A stretch of 64,000 nt of DNA, from contig PKDL01000514.1 of assembly GCA_002863065.1 (NCBI GenBank), positions 65-64,064 of the forward strand. The letters are read 5' to 3'. The stretch's first letter is position 1. Each line of letters opens with the position of its first letter. The notes under the pieces were generated by a model, which worked only from the letters and a program-made list of their open reading frames with translations, was not told the origin of the DNA and searched no databases. The DNA is from Pseudomonadota bacterium. Its GTDB lineage: Bacteria; Myxococcota_A; UBA9042; GCA-2863065. The position numbers and the translations under genes are program-made. This document shows, piece by piece, positions 26,945-36,732 of this stretch.

Positions 26945-28108
26945 ATGAAGACGAAGTGTCTGGTGTGCGGAGAATTATCTGAAGCAACGGCGCTGTTGTG
27001 CTCTCATTGTGGTGCGCCGTTACCCGAATCCGCGCCGGCGTCCGTAGTTCCGCACCACCCCAGACACAGGCAGGCATTCAGCCGGCTCGCGCGGGTCGCC
27101 GCAGCGGGAATCGCCGCTGTCATTATAGTAGTGGTTGCAGTCACCCTCACTTCGAAGAACAGCTTGACCCCAAATTCGACGCTGGAGACGATGCCAAACG
27201 GAATGAACTCGATAAGCGCTTGGAACCTATCTCAACTCTGGAAGTACGAAAAACTGCAGCCGCTATGGGGTAACCCCATCGTGAAGCAGTACTTCGGGAC
27301 GGCGAAGTCCATGGCGGGGATCGACGTCGAGGCTCTCGATTCATTTGTCGCTGGCTCTCGCCTCACAGATCAGCAATTCGAAGTCTTGTACGTTGTGAAA
27401 GGAGCGTTCGACGCCACCACTCTCAACGGAATAATCGGTACGTTTTGCACGAGCGAAATCGTTGTCGCTCAGCGGCGGCTCAAGTCATGCGACCTCAATA
27501 GCTTGGTCACGCAGTCCACATTGCCAACGTCGGATGACGAGAATGGAGGTAAAGCTGGCGACGAAAAGGTGCCAGAAGCATCCATTACAGCAATTCCCGA
27601 GATTACGGCGCCGATTTCCCTAGGAATAGTGGCTGTTGGAGTATGGGACGCAACTACATTCGTCGCGGGGACACCAGACATGCTAGAGGCGTATTTCACC
27701 GGCGGCGACGCTGTCGGTGGCAACGAAACCCTGGAATTACTAATGAAAGATGCTGACCCCACTGCATTTGGATGGGGCGGTCTGCAACTCAACACCGTGT
27801 ATACGCAATTATGCGACGCCTTCCCCATGTTGGTATCGTTCCCCAAACTAGAGGATGGAACGCTGCAATTTGAGATGCAGCTTCGGGAAGTCCTGGGACT
27901 GCGCCTAATCCTGGAGGTCGCAGACGTACAAACAATCAAGATGATGGAGCCCGTCATAAGAATAGGGCTTGCTAGCGCTATCAAGACCGCAAACGAAAGT
28001 CTCGCATTGACGGGTCAAACCGACTTGCTCGCTGCAGAGATTGAAGTGAACGAAACACGGTTCGAGGTTCAATTCACGCTGAAAATCCCCGCGCTGCCCG
28101 CCATCTAG
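26945..28108 (+). CDS. Hypothetical membrane protein: N-terminal zinc-ribbon (CxxC...CxxC), one TM helix, periplasmic domain
   Basis: CLVCGELSEATALLCSHCGAPL; TM AAGIAAVIIVVVAV; no recognisable catalytic motif. Confidence 0.45.
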   Translation: MKTKCLVCGELSEATALLCSHCGAPLPESAPASVVPHHPRHRQAFSRLARVAAAGIAAVIIVVVAVTLTSKNSLTPNSTLETMPNGMNSISAWNLSQLWKYEKLQPLWGNPIVKQYFGTAKSMAGIDVEALDSFVAGSRLTDQQFEVLYVVKGAFDATTLNGIIGTFCTSEIVVAQRRLKSCDLNSLVTQSTLPTSDDENGGKAGDEKVPEASITAIPEITAPISLGIVAVGVWDATTFVAGTPDMLEAYFTGGDAVGGNETLELLMKDADPTAFGWGGLQLNTVYTQLCDAFPMLVSFPKLEDGTLQFEMQLREVLGLRLILEVADVQTIKMMEPVIRIGLASAIKTANESLALTGQTDLLAAEIEVNETRFEVQFTLKIPALPAI

Positions 28109-28308
28109 CCATTCAATCTGCATAAAGGAGCTGGCGGTGTTCAAGACGGCCAGCCAGAAATAATAGACACCTAATACGAGGTTTCATCGAAATCGATGCA
28201 TCGGATCCAAACTGTTGATTTCACTCTAAGCCGTTTGACAGATTCCGTACACACCCCCTATTCTCCGTAAGTCCTTAGGTCAGTTCTATCCGCTATACGG
28301 GAAGCCAT

Positions 28309-29121
28309 TTGATGCCAGACAAATCCCCAGTAGCCCCCGAAACCGAAGGGGACCAGCCCTCTGCCACCAACTCGGCGTCGGCAAGTCGCCCAACCGGCGG
28401 GAACTCACTACTCGCCGATCTACTAAGCGAAACGAGTAACGAAGCGCAGCGCGAACTCGACCAAATAAAGGCCGAACTCGAGTCCCGAAAGCACGCTGAA
28501 CTGGAAGCTCGCCGAACGGCTGAACGCCAACGGCGCGCTGAACTGGATCGGCTGCGTGAAGCAGAGCTGAAACGCCGAGAAGCTGCACTCCGTACTCCGG
28601 AAGAATCAAAGGCGACGCCAGCTGCGACTGCGCTCTCCACAAGTGCACGGACAGAAGAATCCGTTGTTTTCGAAGTAAAAAGTAAGAATAACGGCGTCGT
28701 GTACGCAATCGCTGCCGTGCTTATTGCTGCCATTGGGACTGCAGGCTGGTACTTCACCACCAAAGAAAAGGTTAACGCCGGTACGAAAGCTACTGCAACA
28801 CAAACGGTAGAGAACGCACCAACATCAAAAACTACGGGAGCGGAGCTGGCCTCGGAAGCCAACAAGGATTCAAGCGCCAACGACACGCTGAAAAATTCAG
28901 GGGCTGACCCGACCGCAACCGCGAAAAAAGAGCCAATAGCCCTGCCCGTAGTTGTCCGCTTTGCCGCTGCAGAATCGGAGTCATATGACCGCCGCGTTCC
29001 CGAATTCGCCGTGCCCAATTACGTGAAATCAAAGCGACGTACTCGTCGCAGTCGAAAAGCACGCGGACCCGGGAAAGGGAAGATTAAGATCCGCGGGTTA
29101 AACTTAGGGGCTGGGCGATAA
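28309..29121 (+). CDS. Hypothetical bitopic membrane protein with charged coiled-coil N-domain and Thr/Ala-rich periplasmic tail, basic C-terminus
   Basis: ELESRKHAELEARRTAERQRRAELDRLREAELKRREAALR coiled coil; TM VVYAIAAVLIAAIGTAGWYF; stop 1 nt before gpsA start. Confidence 0.4.
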   Translation: MMPDKSPVAPETEGDQPSATNSASASRPTGGNSLLADLLSETSNEAQRELDQIKAELESRKHAELEARRTAERQRRAELDRLREAELKRREAALRTPEESKATPAATALSTSARTEESVVFEVKSKNNGVVYAIAAVLIAAIGTAGWYFTTKEKVNAGTKATATQTVENAPTSKTTGAELASEANKDSSANDTLKNSGADPTATAKKEPIALPVVVRFAAAESESYDRRVPEFAVPNYVKSKRRTRRSRKARGPGKGKIKIRGLNLGAGR

Positions 29122-29122
29122 G

Positions 29123-30139
29123 TTGAAACCGGGCGCACTCCGCGCATGCGTGGTCGGGGCCGGCGCGTGGGGTACTGCGCTCGCAAGCGTCTTGTGTGAA
29201 GCCGGTCATCAAGTCACAATCTGGGCCTTCGAGCCCAAGGTTTCACACGACATCCAGGCCAACCGCCTCAACTCCACCTACCTGCCTGGCGTGGCGCTCC
29301 CAGACAGCCTTCAAAGCACATCCAAATTGAACGCTGCCATTGCAGGAGCTGACCTAATCATCAGTGTCGTACCGTCACAACATACCCGCCGCGTGACCGA
29401 ATTATGGTCAGAAACCGCCAAAAAGGATGCGGTTATCGTCTGTGCATCCAAAGGCATTGAGCTGGGAACAGGTAAATTACTCAGCGACGTTTTTGAAGAG
29501 ACACTTCCAGCCAGCATGCGCACACGTATGTGCTTTCTCAGCGGTCCGTCTTTTGCGAAAGAGGTTGCATGCCAGCAGCCTACAGTTGTCGTGTGCGCGA
29601 GCACGAATGAGGCAGCAGCTCAGCATGTGCAACATGCCTTTGCTCGACCATTCTTTCGAACGTACTGGACACATGACGTAGTCGGTGTGGAAGTCGGTGG
29701 TGCCCTAAAAAACGTGATGGCGATTGCGACAGGAATTTGCGATGGAATGGGTCTGGGACTGAACGCCCGAGCTGCGCTCATCACCCGTGGCCTGTTTGAA
29801 ATCACTCGTGTCGCAGTTGCACTCGGCGCCGAACCGACCACCATGATGGGGCTTGCAGGCCAAGGGGACCTGATCTTGACCTGTACTGGCGACTTATCTC
29901 GTAATCGAAGGGTTGGACTAGCACTGGGGAAAGGTGAGAACCTAGAGAAAGTCCTAGGTGCCATGCCGCAGGTAGTGGAAGGAGTTGCCACTGCCCAGGC
30001 GGCACATAGGCTGGCGCGAAGGCTGGGCGTATCCACGCCGATAATTGACGAAGTCTACGGTGTACTGCACCAAGGATTAGATGTGAGCGGAACCGTCGAA
30101 CGACTTATGACGCGGAGCTTAAAACGAGAAGCACTCTAG
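29123..30139 (+). CDS. gpsA: NAD(P)H-dependent glycerol-3-phosphate dehydrogenase
   Basis: ACVVGAGAWGTALASVL Rossmann N-terminus, ~335 aa, conserved GpsA C-terminal domain (TGDLSRNRRVG). Confidence 0.85.
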   Translation: MKPGALRACVVGAGAWGTALASVLCEAGHQVTIWAFEPKVSHDIQANRLNSTYLPGVALPDSLQSTSKLNAAIAGADLIISVVPSQHTRRVTELWSETAKKDAVIVCASKGIELGTGKLLSDVFEETLPASMRTRMCFLSGPSFAKEVACQQPTVVVCASTNEAAAQHVQHAFARPFFRTYWTHDVVGVEVGGALKNVMAIATGICDGMGLGLNARAALITRGLFEITRVAVALGAEPTTMMGLAGQGDLILTCTGDLSRNRRVGLALGKGENLEKVLGAMPQVVEGVATAQAAHRLARRLGVSTPIIDEVYGVLHQGLDVSGTVERLMTRSLKREAL

Positions 30140-30191
30140 AGCGTTCGACGACAAAAAAAGACTACTAAGCGCAGAATAAGGGGACTGTATT

Positions 30192-31298
30192 ATGGAAGCC
30201 TCTGAGAAAAAAACAGCGGAACAAGGCGAGACACGCCGAGACTTCCTCGAGCATGCCGCTATCGGTACGACTGCCGCTGCGGCCGCGATTGCGCTGCCAA
30301 AGGTGGCCTCAGCAAAAAATCCGACATCATTTCCCATGTCCAAGAGAGGACACGTCGTACGCGCGTACCATTCTGGGGCTACCATTAAGGTAACAAAACA
30401 AGATAAAGAGATAGTGGAGAGCATGCTCGAGGCAGCCCTGCTCCGCCTCACAGGAGAGTCTTCGATTGGCGATGCCATGAAGCATTTTGTGAAGCCCGAC
30501 GATATTGTGGGTGTCAAATTGAACACCCTCGGCTCACCGTACTCAACCGTCACTGCTGAGACGGCATTTGCGGTGGCTGACGCGGTCCATGCTGCTGGTG
30601 TAGCCAAAGAAAATATTATCATCTATGACCAGTACGGCTCTCGGATGCGAAAGGCGAAAATACGTCCGATGCCAACGTATAAGAAGCCACAGCCGGGACA
30701 GTACCAGGTTCACTTCCACAAGAACCTGGGATACGAAGACAAACCCACCGACTTCGGTGCCAAACGAAAAAATGGAAAGGCGACCACCAGCAAACTTGCG
30801 GCGGTCGCACGAAAATGCACGGCAGTCATCAACGTCTGTGTACCCAAAGATCATGACCTTTCAGGTGTAACTGGGGCCATCAAAAATGTGGCCTACGGAA
30901 ACATTGATTCCGTTCCCAAATACCACTGCTCAAAGGAGTGTGTACCGACGTGTAAACACGGGGTGTGCAACATCGCAAAAGTGTATTCACATGCACAAAT
31001 GGGGGGCAAAGTACGGCTTATCGTATGCGATGCATTGCGTGTCCTCTATCACGGCGGTCCGCAAGACAAGAAATGGCGAGAGGTTCATAATGAAATCGCC
31101 GTCACGACCGATCCGGTCGCGATGGATCGAATCATTTACGACTGGGTAGACGGCTATCGAAAGAAACACAAGCTCAAGCCGCTGGCCATTGACCGAGATG
31201 GACGCCGGCTACCGAGATTCATACAAGGGGCAGCTGACCTTGGACTCGGTGAAGGCGACTTGGCCAAAATTACTCAAGACCGCATCGAACTAGGCTAG
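30192..31298 (+). CDS. Tat-secreted DUF362-like protein (putative Fe-S/Cys-cluster protein)
   Basis: Twin-arginine signal TRRDFLEHAAIGTTAAAAAIALPKVASA; Cys cluster KYHCSKECVPTCKHGVCN; overall similarity to DUF362 family recalled, not verified. Confidence 0.4.
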   Translation: MEASEKKTAEQGETRRDFLEHAAIGTTAAAAAIALPKVASAKNPTSFPMSKRGHVVRAYHSGATIKVTKQDKEIVESMLEAALLRLTGESSIGDAMKHFVKPDDIVGVKLNTLGSPYSTVTAETAFAVADAVHAAGVAKENIIIYDQYGSRMRKAKIRPMPTYKKPQPGQYQVHFHKNLGYEDKPTDFGAKRKNGKATTSKLAAVARKCTAVINVCVPKDHDLSGVTGAIKNVAYGNIDSVPKYHCSKECVPTCKHGVCNIAKVYSHAQMGGKVRLIVCDALRVLYHGGPQDKKWREVHNEIAVTTDPVAMDRIIYDWVDGYRKKHKLKPLAIDRDGRRLPRFIQGAADLGLGEGDLAKITQDRIELG

Positions 31299-31321
31299 TC
31301 GGGCTTCCATCTTGGCGCTAC

Positions 31322-31345
31322 GCACTTCCCCACTCGTGGAAGTGC
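31322..31345 (+). terminator. Stem-loop gcacttcc-N8-ggaagtgc 24 nt after DUF362-like gene stop
   Basis: Perfect 8-bp stem. Confidence 0.3.
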
Positions 31346-31493
31346 TCCAAGCCGAGATACGTCCAACAATGCGCACCGACAAAATTCGGTCGTTGACCGC
31401 ACGGTCGACACCTCCTACTATTCGGCGCCCTGCGAGGTCCAGGATTAGAAATGGGCCCGAATGACGCAGATATGACAGTCGACTAGAGGACCC

Positions 31494-33071
31494 ATGCTCG
31501 AGACCGTATCGAAGGGATTCAAATCCGCACGCAACCGGCTCAAAGGCTATCGAGAGCTAAGCGAAGAAAATATCGACGAAGCAGTGCGAGACATTCGCAT
31601 TTCGCTGCTCGAGGCAGATGTTGAGTTCAACGTCGTCAAAGCCTTCCTAGGAAAGGTCAAAGACAAGGCGGTGGGTGAGCTCGTACAGGTCACGACGGAG
31701 AGTAAGAGCAAAGGTAAAGTCAAAGTTTCGCCTGGAGACCACTTCGTAAAGATATGTCTCGATGAACTGACAGACCTAATGGGACCCGTCGACCCGTCTC
31801 TAAGCTACGCGCAGAGCGGTGTATCGAAAATCATGATGGTGGGTCTGCAGGGTTCGGGTAAGACCACAACGGTAGGCAAGCTTGCGAAGCGATTAGAAAA
31901 AGAAGGTAAACGCCCCCTTCTCGTTGCCGCCGATGTGTATCGTCCAGCAGCGGTCCAGCAACTGAAAGTCCTGGGCCAAAAGCTTCGTATACCAGTATAT
32001 GACGAAGGGACTGGCGACCCGGTTGAGATCTGCCAAAATGCGGTGGCCAAAGCCAAGGCGATCGGACGCAACGTCGTCATCTTCGATACCGCAGGGCGCT
32101 TAGCCATCGACGAGCCGCTGATGGCGGAACTCGATCGGATAGTCGACAACACAAAACCCGACAACATCCTATACGTCTGCGACGCAATGACAGGTCAAGA
32201 TGCGGTGAAGACTGCGAGGACCTTCAATCAGCGCTTGGACATTGATGGGGTCATCCTCACCAAAATGGATGGTGATGCCCGGGGCGGTGCCGCCCTGTCG
32301 GTCAAGGCCGTTACCGGTAAACCCATCAAATTTGTCGGCATGGGTGAGGGGATGGACCGCCTCGAGCCATTCCGTCCCGAGGGGATTGCCACTCGGATAC
32401 TTGGACTCGGCGACGTCGTCGGGCTCATGCAAGACTTCGAGCAAGTCGTTGACGAGGAAAAAGCCGATGAAGATGCGAAGCGTATCCTCAGCGGAAAATT
32501 CAACTTGGTGCATTTCCTCGACCAGATCAAAACCATCCAGAAGCTCGGTCCGATCAAAGAGGTGTTCGAGAAACTTCCGTTCGGTGACATGCCAGACGGT
32601 ATGCAAGTCGATGACAAACAGCTGAAGCGCGTAGAATCGATGATTAACTCGATGACCAAACAAGAACGAGAAGACCCCGAGGTTTTCTCAGTGTCTGGGA
32701 GCGGTGAGAGTCGTATCGGACGTGTTGCAAAAGGTAGCGGAATGCAACGGAGTGATGTCCGCAATCTGCTGCAGCGTTTCTTCGGTATGCGCCAAATAAT
32801 GGGTAACGTGGGTAAACAACCCGGACTCCTCAGTAAGTTACCCGGATTCAACCAACTCAATCAGCTCAAAAATATCCAAGGCCTGGATATGGAAGAGATG
32901 CTTGGACGAGAAATGGCGCAGGCAATGAACCCCTCAGCACCTGCGAGTCGGGGACGGCAGCGAGGCGCGCCTGGTACTCGGCGAGGCCCAACAGCATCAC
33001 AGAAGCAGAAGGCAAAATCGCGCGCCAAAATGGCCAAGAAAAGTCGAAAGAAAGGCCGGAAGAAAAAGTAA
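31494..33071 (+). CDS. ffh: Signal recognition particle protein Ffh (with extended Lys/Arg-rich C-terminal tail)
   Basis: N-domain LETVSKGF...LKGYRELSEENIDEAVRDIRISLLEADV; G-domain GLQGSGKTTT, DTAGR, TKMDGDARGG; M-domain Met-rich. Confidence 0.95.
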   Translation: MLETVSKGFKSARNRLKGYRELSEENIDEAVRDIRISLLEADVEFNVVKAFLGKVKDKAVGELVQVTTESKSKGKVKVSPGDHFVKICLDELTDLMGPVDPSLSYAQSGVSKIMMVGLQGSGKTTTVGKLAKRLEKEGKRPLLVAADVYRPAAVQQLKVLGQKLRIPVYDEGTGDPVEICQNAVAKAKAIGRNVVIFDTAGRLAIDEPLMAELDRIVDNTKPDNILYVCDAMTGQDAVKTARTFNQRLDIDGVILTKMDGDARGGAALSVKAVTGKPIKFVGMGEGMDRLEPFRPEGIATRILGLGDVVGLMQDFEQVVDEEKADEDAKRILSGKFNLVHFLDQIKTIQKLGPIKEVFEKLPFGDMPDGMQVDDKQLKRVESMINSMTKQEREDPEVFSVSGSGESRIGRVAKGSGMQRSDVRNLLQRFFGMRQIMGNVGKQPGLLSKLPGFNQLNQLKNIQGLDMEEMLGREMAQAMNPSAPASRGRQRGAPGTRRGPTASQKQKAKSRAKMAKKSRKKGRKKK

Positions 33072-33103
33072 GGCGCGGGAAGATACCCCCGCGATAGCGC
33101 TCA

Positions 33104-33601
33104 CTACAGCTGAAACCGCTGTGCCTTCGGTACATCAGAACACAATTGACCACGTTCAAATCGCCCCCGCCCGACCGGCACATGGTAGATCTCACCATTA
33201 CTGGCCGTTATCGTACCAATTACTATCGAATAATGCCGAGGTGACTCATCTGACGGCCAAGAGATTCGGTTTCCAGCAGCGAACATGCGTGTCCCCTCAT
33301 GGTTTAGCGTGATTGTTGAGCGGCTCGCGAGGTGTCCGAATCGCTGGATAAAACTGGCCGATAGACGTGTTGGCTGTGCGATATTCTTACTAGCCATCAT
33401 CCCAAATGCACCCGTAGGAATGCCGGGGATTGGCCGCATCTCCGACCGAGCTATCCACACCGCATCGGATTCGCACCGATGCCAAAACGTCCAACCAGCA
33501 AAGGCGTCTGAAGGAAAGCCGTATTCCTCCATCAACGTAATCACGAACACATGGCGGTCATCGAGGGCTTGGAATGCATCTAACTTTGTCGGCAAGCTCA
33601 T
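33104..33601 (-). CDS. Hypothetical protein, possibly separately encoded RsmF-type C-terminal (PUA-like) domain; ATGA overlap with upstream methyltransferase
   Basis: Position and size (165 aa) match the C-terminal extension of RsmF; no catalytic motifs; assignment by context only. Confidence 0.35.
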   Translation of the reverse strand: MSLPTKLDAFQALDDRHVFVITLMEEYGFPSDAFAGWTFWHRCESDAVWIARSEMRPIPGIPTGAFGMMASKNIAQPTRLSASFIQRFGHLASRSTITLNHEGTRMFAAGNRISWPSDESPRHYSIVIGTITASNGEIYHVPVGRGRFERGQLCSDVPKAQRFQL

Positions 33602-34614
33602 GATATGCCTCCGCCTGCTGCGACTGAGTGACCGTCTGTGGCCGGTTCCATGTGACTTGGCTCCGGTAGCTTCCGCAATAACGCGATAAAGAAGCCCCCA
33701 CTATTGTTGTGGTGAGGCCAGATCCGCCATGCATTACGCACATCATCGCGATATGTTTGACCCTCCCAAGCCGCAAGTCCTGGAGAAATCCGAAGTCCGG
33801 CAGGAGGAGCCATAGCGACGACTTCCGCTACATGCGGCCAGATGCTGTTCAGGACACCCTCATTTTCTTCGGGGGCAAAGGTACATGTAGCATACGCGAC
33901 AAGTCCGCCAGGCCGAGTCAGTGCCAACGCACGCCTTAACATCCCTTTCTGGGTCTGTACGACACTTTTCCGATAAGCATCAACGGAATGCCGACGATGC
34001 ATATTGCGCTTTCGAGTGGTCCCTTCACAGGTACATGGCACATCCACCAATACTTTATCGAAACCGTGCCCACCCAAAGCAAATGGAGTCTTGGGCACCG
34101 TCCCGTCCAACCACGTAAATCGGGCGGCATCATGTCTGGTAATGAGCGCTGATGTCACCCCAAGTCTCTCAAGGTTATGCCGTAGCGAGACGAGTCGATC
34201 CCAGCGCCGTTCATTCGCGATAATCAGTCCCTCATCTTGCATTGCCACCGCAAGCTGAGCTGTTTTATTTCCTGGAGCCGCGCATAGATCGAGTACACGC
34301 TCTCCTGGCTGTGCGTTCAGTAACGGAACGGCCCACAAGGCAACCTCTTCTTGACCGTGAATCCAACCCAACCGGTACTCCGGCCATAATCCCGGCTTCA
34401 CCCCAGGCGGTAAACGCCAGGCCAAGGTCTGCCAAGGTATGATCTGAGCTTCAGGCACCCGCGCTGCCACCAGTCTCCGAACGTCATCGGCCGACGCTTT
34501 CAGCGGATTGTGCCAAATCGCTCGCGGCAAAGGCATCTGACAAGCGTGCATAAATGCATCCCAATCATCGACGATCGGTTTGTAGCGTTGGAGACACTTT
34601 TCTAACCAGCTCAC
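33598..34614 (-). CDS. RsmB/RsmF (NOP2/Sun) family rRNA cytosine-C5 methyltransferase
   Basis: SAM motif VLDLCAAPGNKTAQLA; motif IV DVPCTCEGT (catalytic Cys); motif VI YATCTF; GGFFIALLRK end of MTase domain. Confidence 0.85.
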   Translation of the reverse strand: MSWLEKCLQRYKPIVDDWDAFMHACQMPLPRAIWHNPLKASADDVRRLVAARVPEAQIIPWQTLAWRLPPGVKPGLWPEYRLGWIHGQEEVALWAVPLLNAQPGERVLDLCAAPGNKTAQLAVAMQDEGLIIANERRWDRLVSLRHNLERLGVTSALITRHDAARFTWLDGTVPKTPFALGGHGFDKVLVDVPCTCEGTTRKRNMHRRHSVDAYRKSVVQTQKGMLRRALALTRPGGLVAYATCTFAPEENEGVLNSIWPHVAEVVAMAPPAGLRISPGLAAWEGQTYRDDVRNAWRIWPHHNNSGGFFIALLRKLPEPSHMEPATDGHSVAAGGGIS

Positions 34615-34794
34615 GCTGTTCTCCTCTCATGGACAGATTGCTTATTGCCATATCGTCGAGCGAAGCAAAACCGAAGGATAGGTACGACTGCTCGTACAAT
34701 ACTCACAAACGTTATCGTCCCCGGCACCGTACTTTCGCTGTATGGAGTTACACACTGTACATAACAAAACGCCCATCTCCTGCATCATACACGT

Positions 34795-35340
34795 GTGAAT
34801 CGGCGTCGAGTTATCCGAGGAATTGCGGTTTGTGCCACGACTCTCCTAGTCGTATACGCGGGCTATAGAGCCTGGTGGACGCCGGCCATTGGCGGAGAGC
34901 CAACGTCTGGTGAGACTGCTCCCGATTTCACACTGCTCGACCAAAGCGGCACTGCACATACACTCTCTCGGCTCCTGAACCAGGGCCCTGTTGTGGTGAG
35001 CTTTTATCGCGGATACTGGTGACCCAATTGCAGAACTCAGCTCGGAGAGCTGAAACAGCTACAAGAGGCAGTGCAAATTGTCGCCATCAGTGCCGACTCC
35101 GCGAAAGACTCAGCCACATATGCGAAAAATCACGGAATCCGTTTTCCCCTACTCAATGATGGAGCATCGACGGTCATGAGTGCCTATGGCGTCCGTATGG
35201 TCGATACCCCGATTGCAGTACCAGCCACATTTCTAGTCAATACGGAGAGAGTCGTCGTTTGGAGCCACATCGGAGCAACCCAAAGAGACTTTGCAGATAT
35301 TGATGCCTTGCAGGCTGCAATTGCAGGCCTACCGCCGTAG
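34795..35340 (+). CDS. Candidate selenoprotein: membrane-anchored peroxiredoxin-like/TlpA-like thioredoxin-fold protein (AhpC/TSA family) with in-frame TGA (35020-35022) at first redox Cys: FYRGYW-U-PNCR
   Basis: Two same-frame ORFs (34795-35022 and 35071-35340) joined only by one TGA; readthrough gives APDFTLLDQSG...VVSFYRGYW[TGA]PNCRTQLGEL...AISAD...HGIRFPLLND (redoxin fold with UxxC); hairpin tcagctc-gga-gagctga 15 nt downstream of TGA. Confidence 0.6.
35037..35053 (+). ncRNA. Candidate SECIS-like hairpin downstream of in-frame UGA
   Basis: 7-bp stem tcagctc/gagctga with GGA loop beginning 15 nt 3' of the TGA at 35020. Confidence 0.35.
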
Positions 35341-36732
35341 CTATCCTGGCGGTAGGCTCTCCTCATCACACCACCTCACCAAATCGGCGAGACAAAGTCG
35401 GCCATCATGCGCCCAAACCATAGACGGCGTACCCATCGCTCCTGGAGGGCAAATCCTAGTCACACCCAAGCGTGCTAATTGAAGTCGGTCCTCCTCAGAT
35501 ATTCCCGCAACAGCCGCACATTGGAGGTACTGGCGCACCGGATTGATCTGCGCAAATACATCCTCGGCTTTATCTACGGGTACCACTGTCACAAAGCGGT
35601 CTAACGGACCTGGCTTTAGGGTATCGAGCTGCCGAATAACGACAGACGACTGCAAGGTATCGCTCACGAGTCGAGCATCTCCCATGGCGGCCTCTACTCG
35701 GCTAAGTTCGAGCGCACTTCGGAGGGCTGGAGCCTCTTCAGGCAACAAGGCGCGAGCAGGTAGCCTTTTCCGCACCTTGGTCATGGCATTGGATAGCTGC
35801 TCCGCAAACGTTTCCGGCGAGACCTCACCACCGGATTCGACATACACAGCTTGCGGCGCAAGACATGCGTGCTGGTCGAACACGCTAAAATCATATGCCA
35901 ATTTTTCGGCCAGTCCGAGGCTGTCTGACGTGGTCATCACCGATGAGGTAAGCCATGCAAAGCCCATACGATGTCCATGCCAAGTAGCACGAGATCCGTG
36001 CGGAAGCCGTTTTTCGATCTCAGCGAGTGCTGCGTCTCCTCCATACGCAATGAGGTGATCGCTACACTCGAGAAATGCATCACTAAGCTCATGCTTATCC
36101 CGGTCGTAATACACTACTGCCAAGCACTCGCTCAGCTCTGGGTCGATGGCTGCGAGCGATTGTGCGTATAAAGGTAAATATAATGGTTCGCCACGACTCA
36201 CACGCCCCATACAGGCTGCTTTCACAAGAAAGGAGCGCATAACGGTCAGATGTGGCAAGGCGGGAATATTCGCGCTAAAAATGCCGCCGATCAGCTCTGG
36301 ACCGACCGCCGTTGAGCGGCCCTTTGGAGTCTTAATAAAACCATCAAGAGCGAGTCGATTACCCAGTTCCCGGTCAAGTGCTCTACGCATATCTGGACCG
36401 CGAGAACTAATCTGCTCGAGATGAATCGCATGCGACACCATCTCCTCAGAAAATCCCGATAAGACCGAAATCGCCGTCACTGCGTGACTGCGGAGTGGCG
36501 TATCTTCCAACCAGAACCGCGCTACTGAGTCGAGAGCCTCAATAATCTCGTCGATAGACCGACGCGCAAGCACTTCACGACGGCGTGCTTTCAATCGAGC
36601 AGCACATTGCCGTATTTGGGAGACTGTCAGGACGGGAAACCGTACCTCAATCGACCGTCCATCACGTACCGCGGTCATTGCCGTAGTCTCAACCTGAATA
36701 CCTGGTAGCCAAAACGCATCGTAACTAGCCAC
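35341..36732 (-). CDS. LuxC-family acyl-CoA (acyl-protein) reductase
   Basis: ~460 aa; catalytic-Cys block VFDQHACLAPQAVYV as in LuxC; follows LuxE-like gene with overlap. Confidence 0.7.
   Translation of the reverse strand: MASYDAFWLPGIQVETTAMTAVRDGRSIEVRFPVLTVSQIRQCAARLKARRREVLARRSIDEIIEALDSVARFWLEDTPLRSHAVTAISVLSGFSEEMVSHAIHLEQISSRGPDMRRALDRELGNRLALDGFIKTPKGRSTAVGPELIGGIFSANIPALPHLTVMRSFLVKAACMGRVSRGEPLYLPLYAQSLAAIDPELSECLAVVYYDRDKHELSDAFLECSDHLIAYGGDAALAEIEKRLPHGSRATWHGHRMGFAWLTSSVMTTSDSLGLAEKLAYDFSVFDQHACLAPQAVYVESGGEVSPETFAEQLSNAMTKVRKRLPARALLPEEAPALRSALELSRVEAAMGDARLVSDTLQSSVVIRQLDTLKPGPLDRFVTVVPVDKAEDVFAQINPVRQYLQCAAVAGISEEDRLQLARLGVTRICPPGAMGTPSMVWAHDGRLCLADLVRWCDEESLPPG

Noticed and set aside
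28293-29018. 241-aa minus-strand ORF fully overlapping the 28309-29121 plus-strand gene
   Set aside because: Its translation is low-complexity Ala/Ser/Val. The plus-strand reading frame has a coherent coiled-coil/TM architecture and abuts gpsA by 1 nt, so plus is taken as coding.
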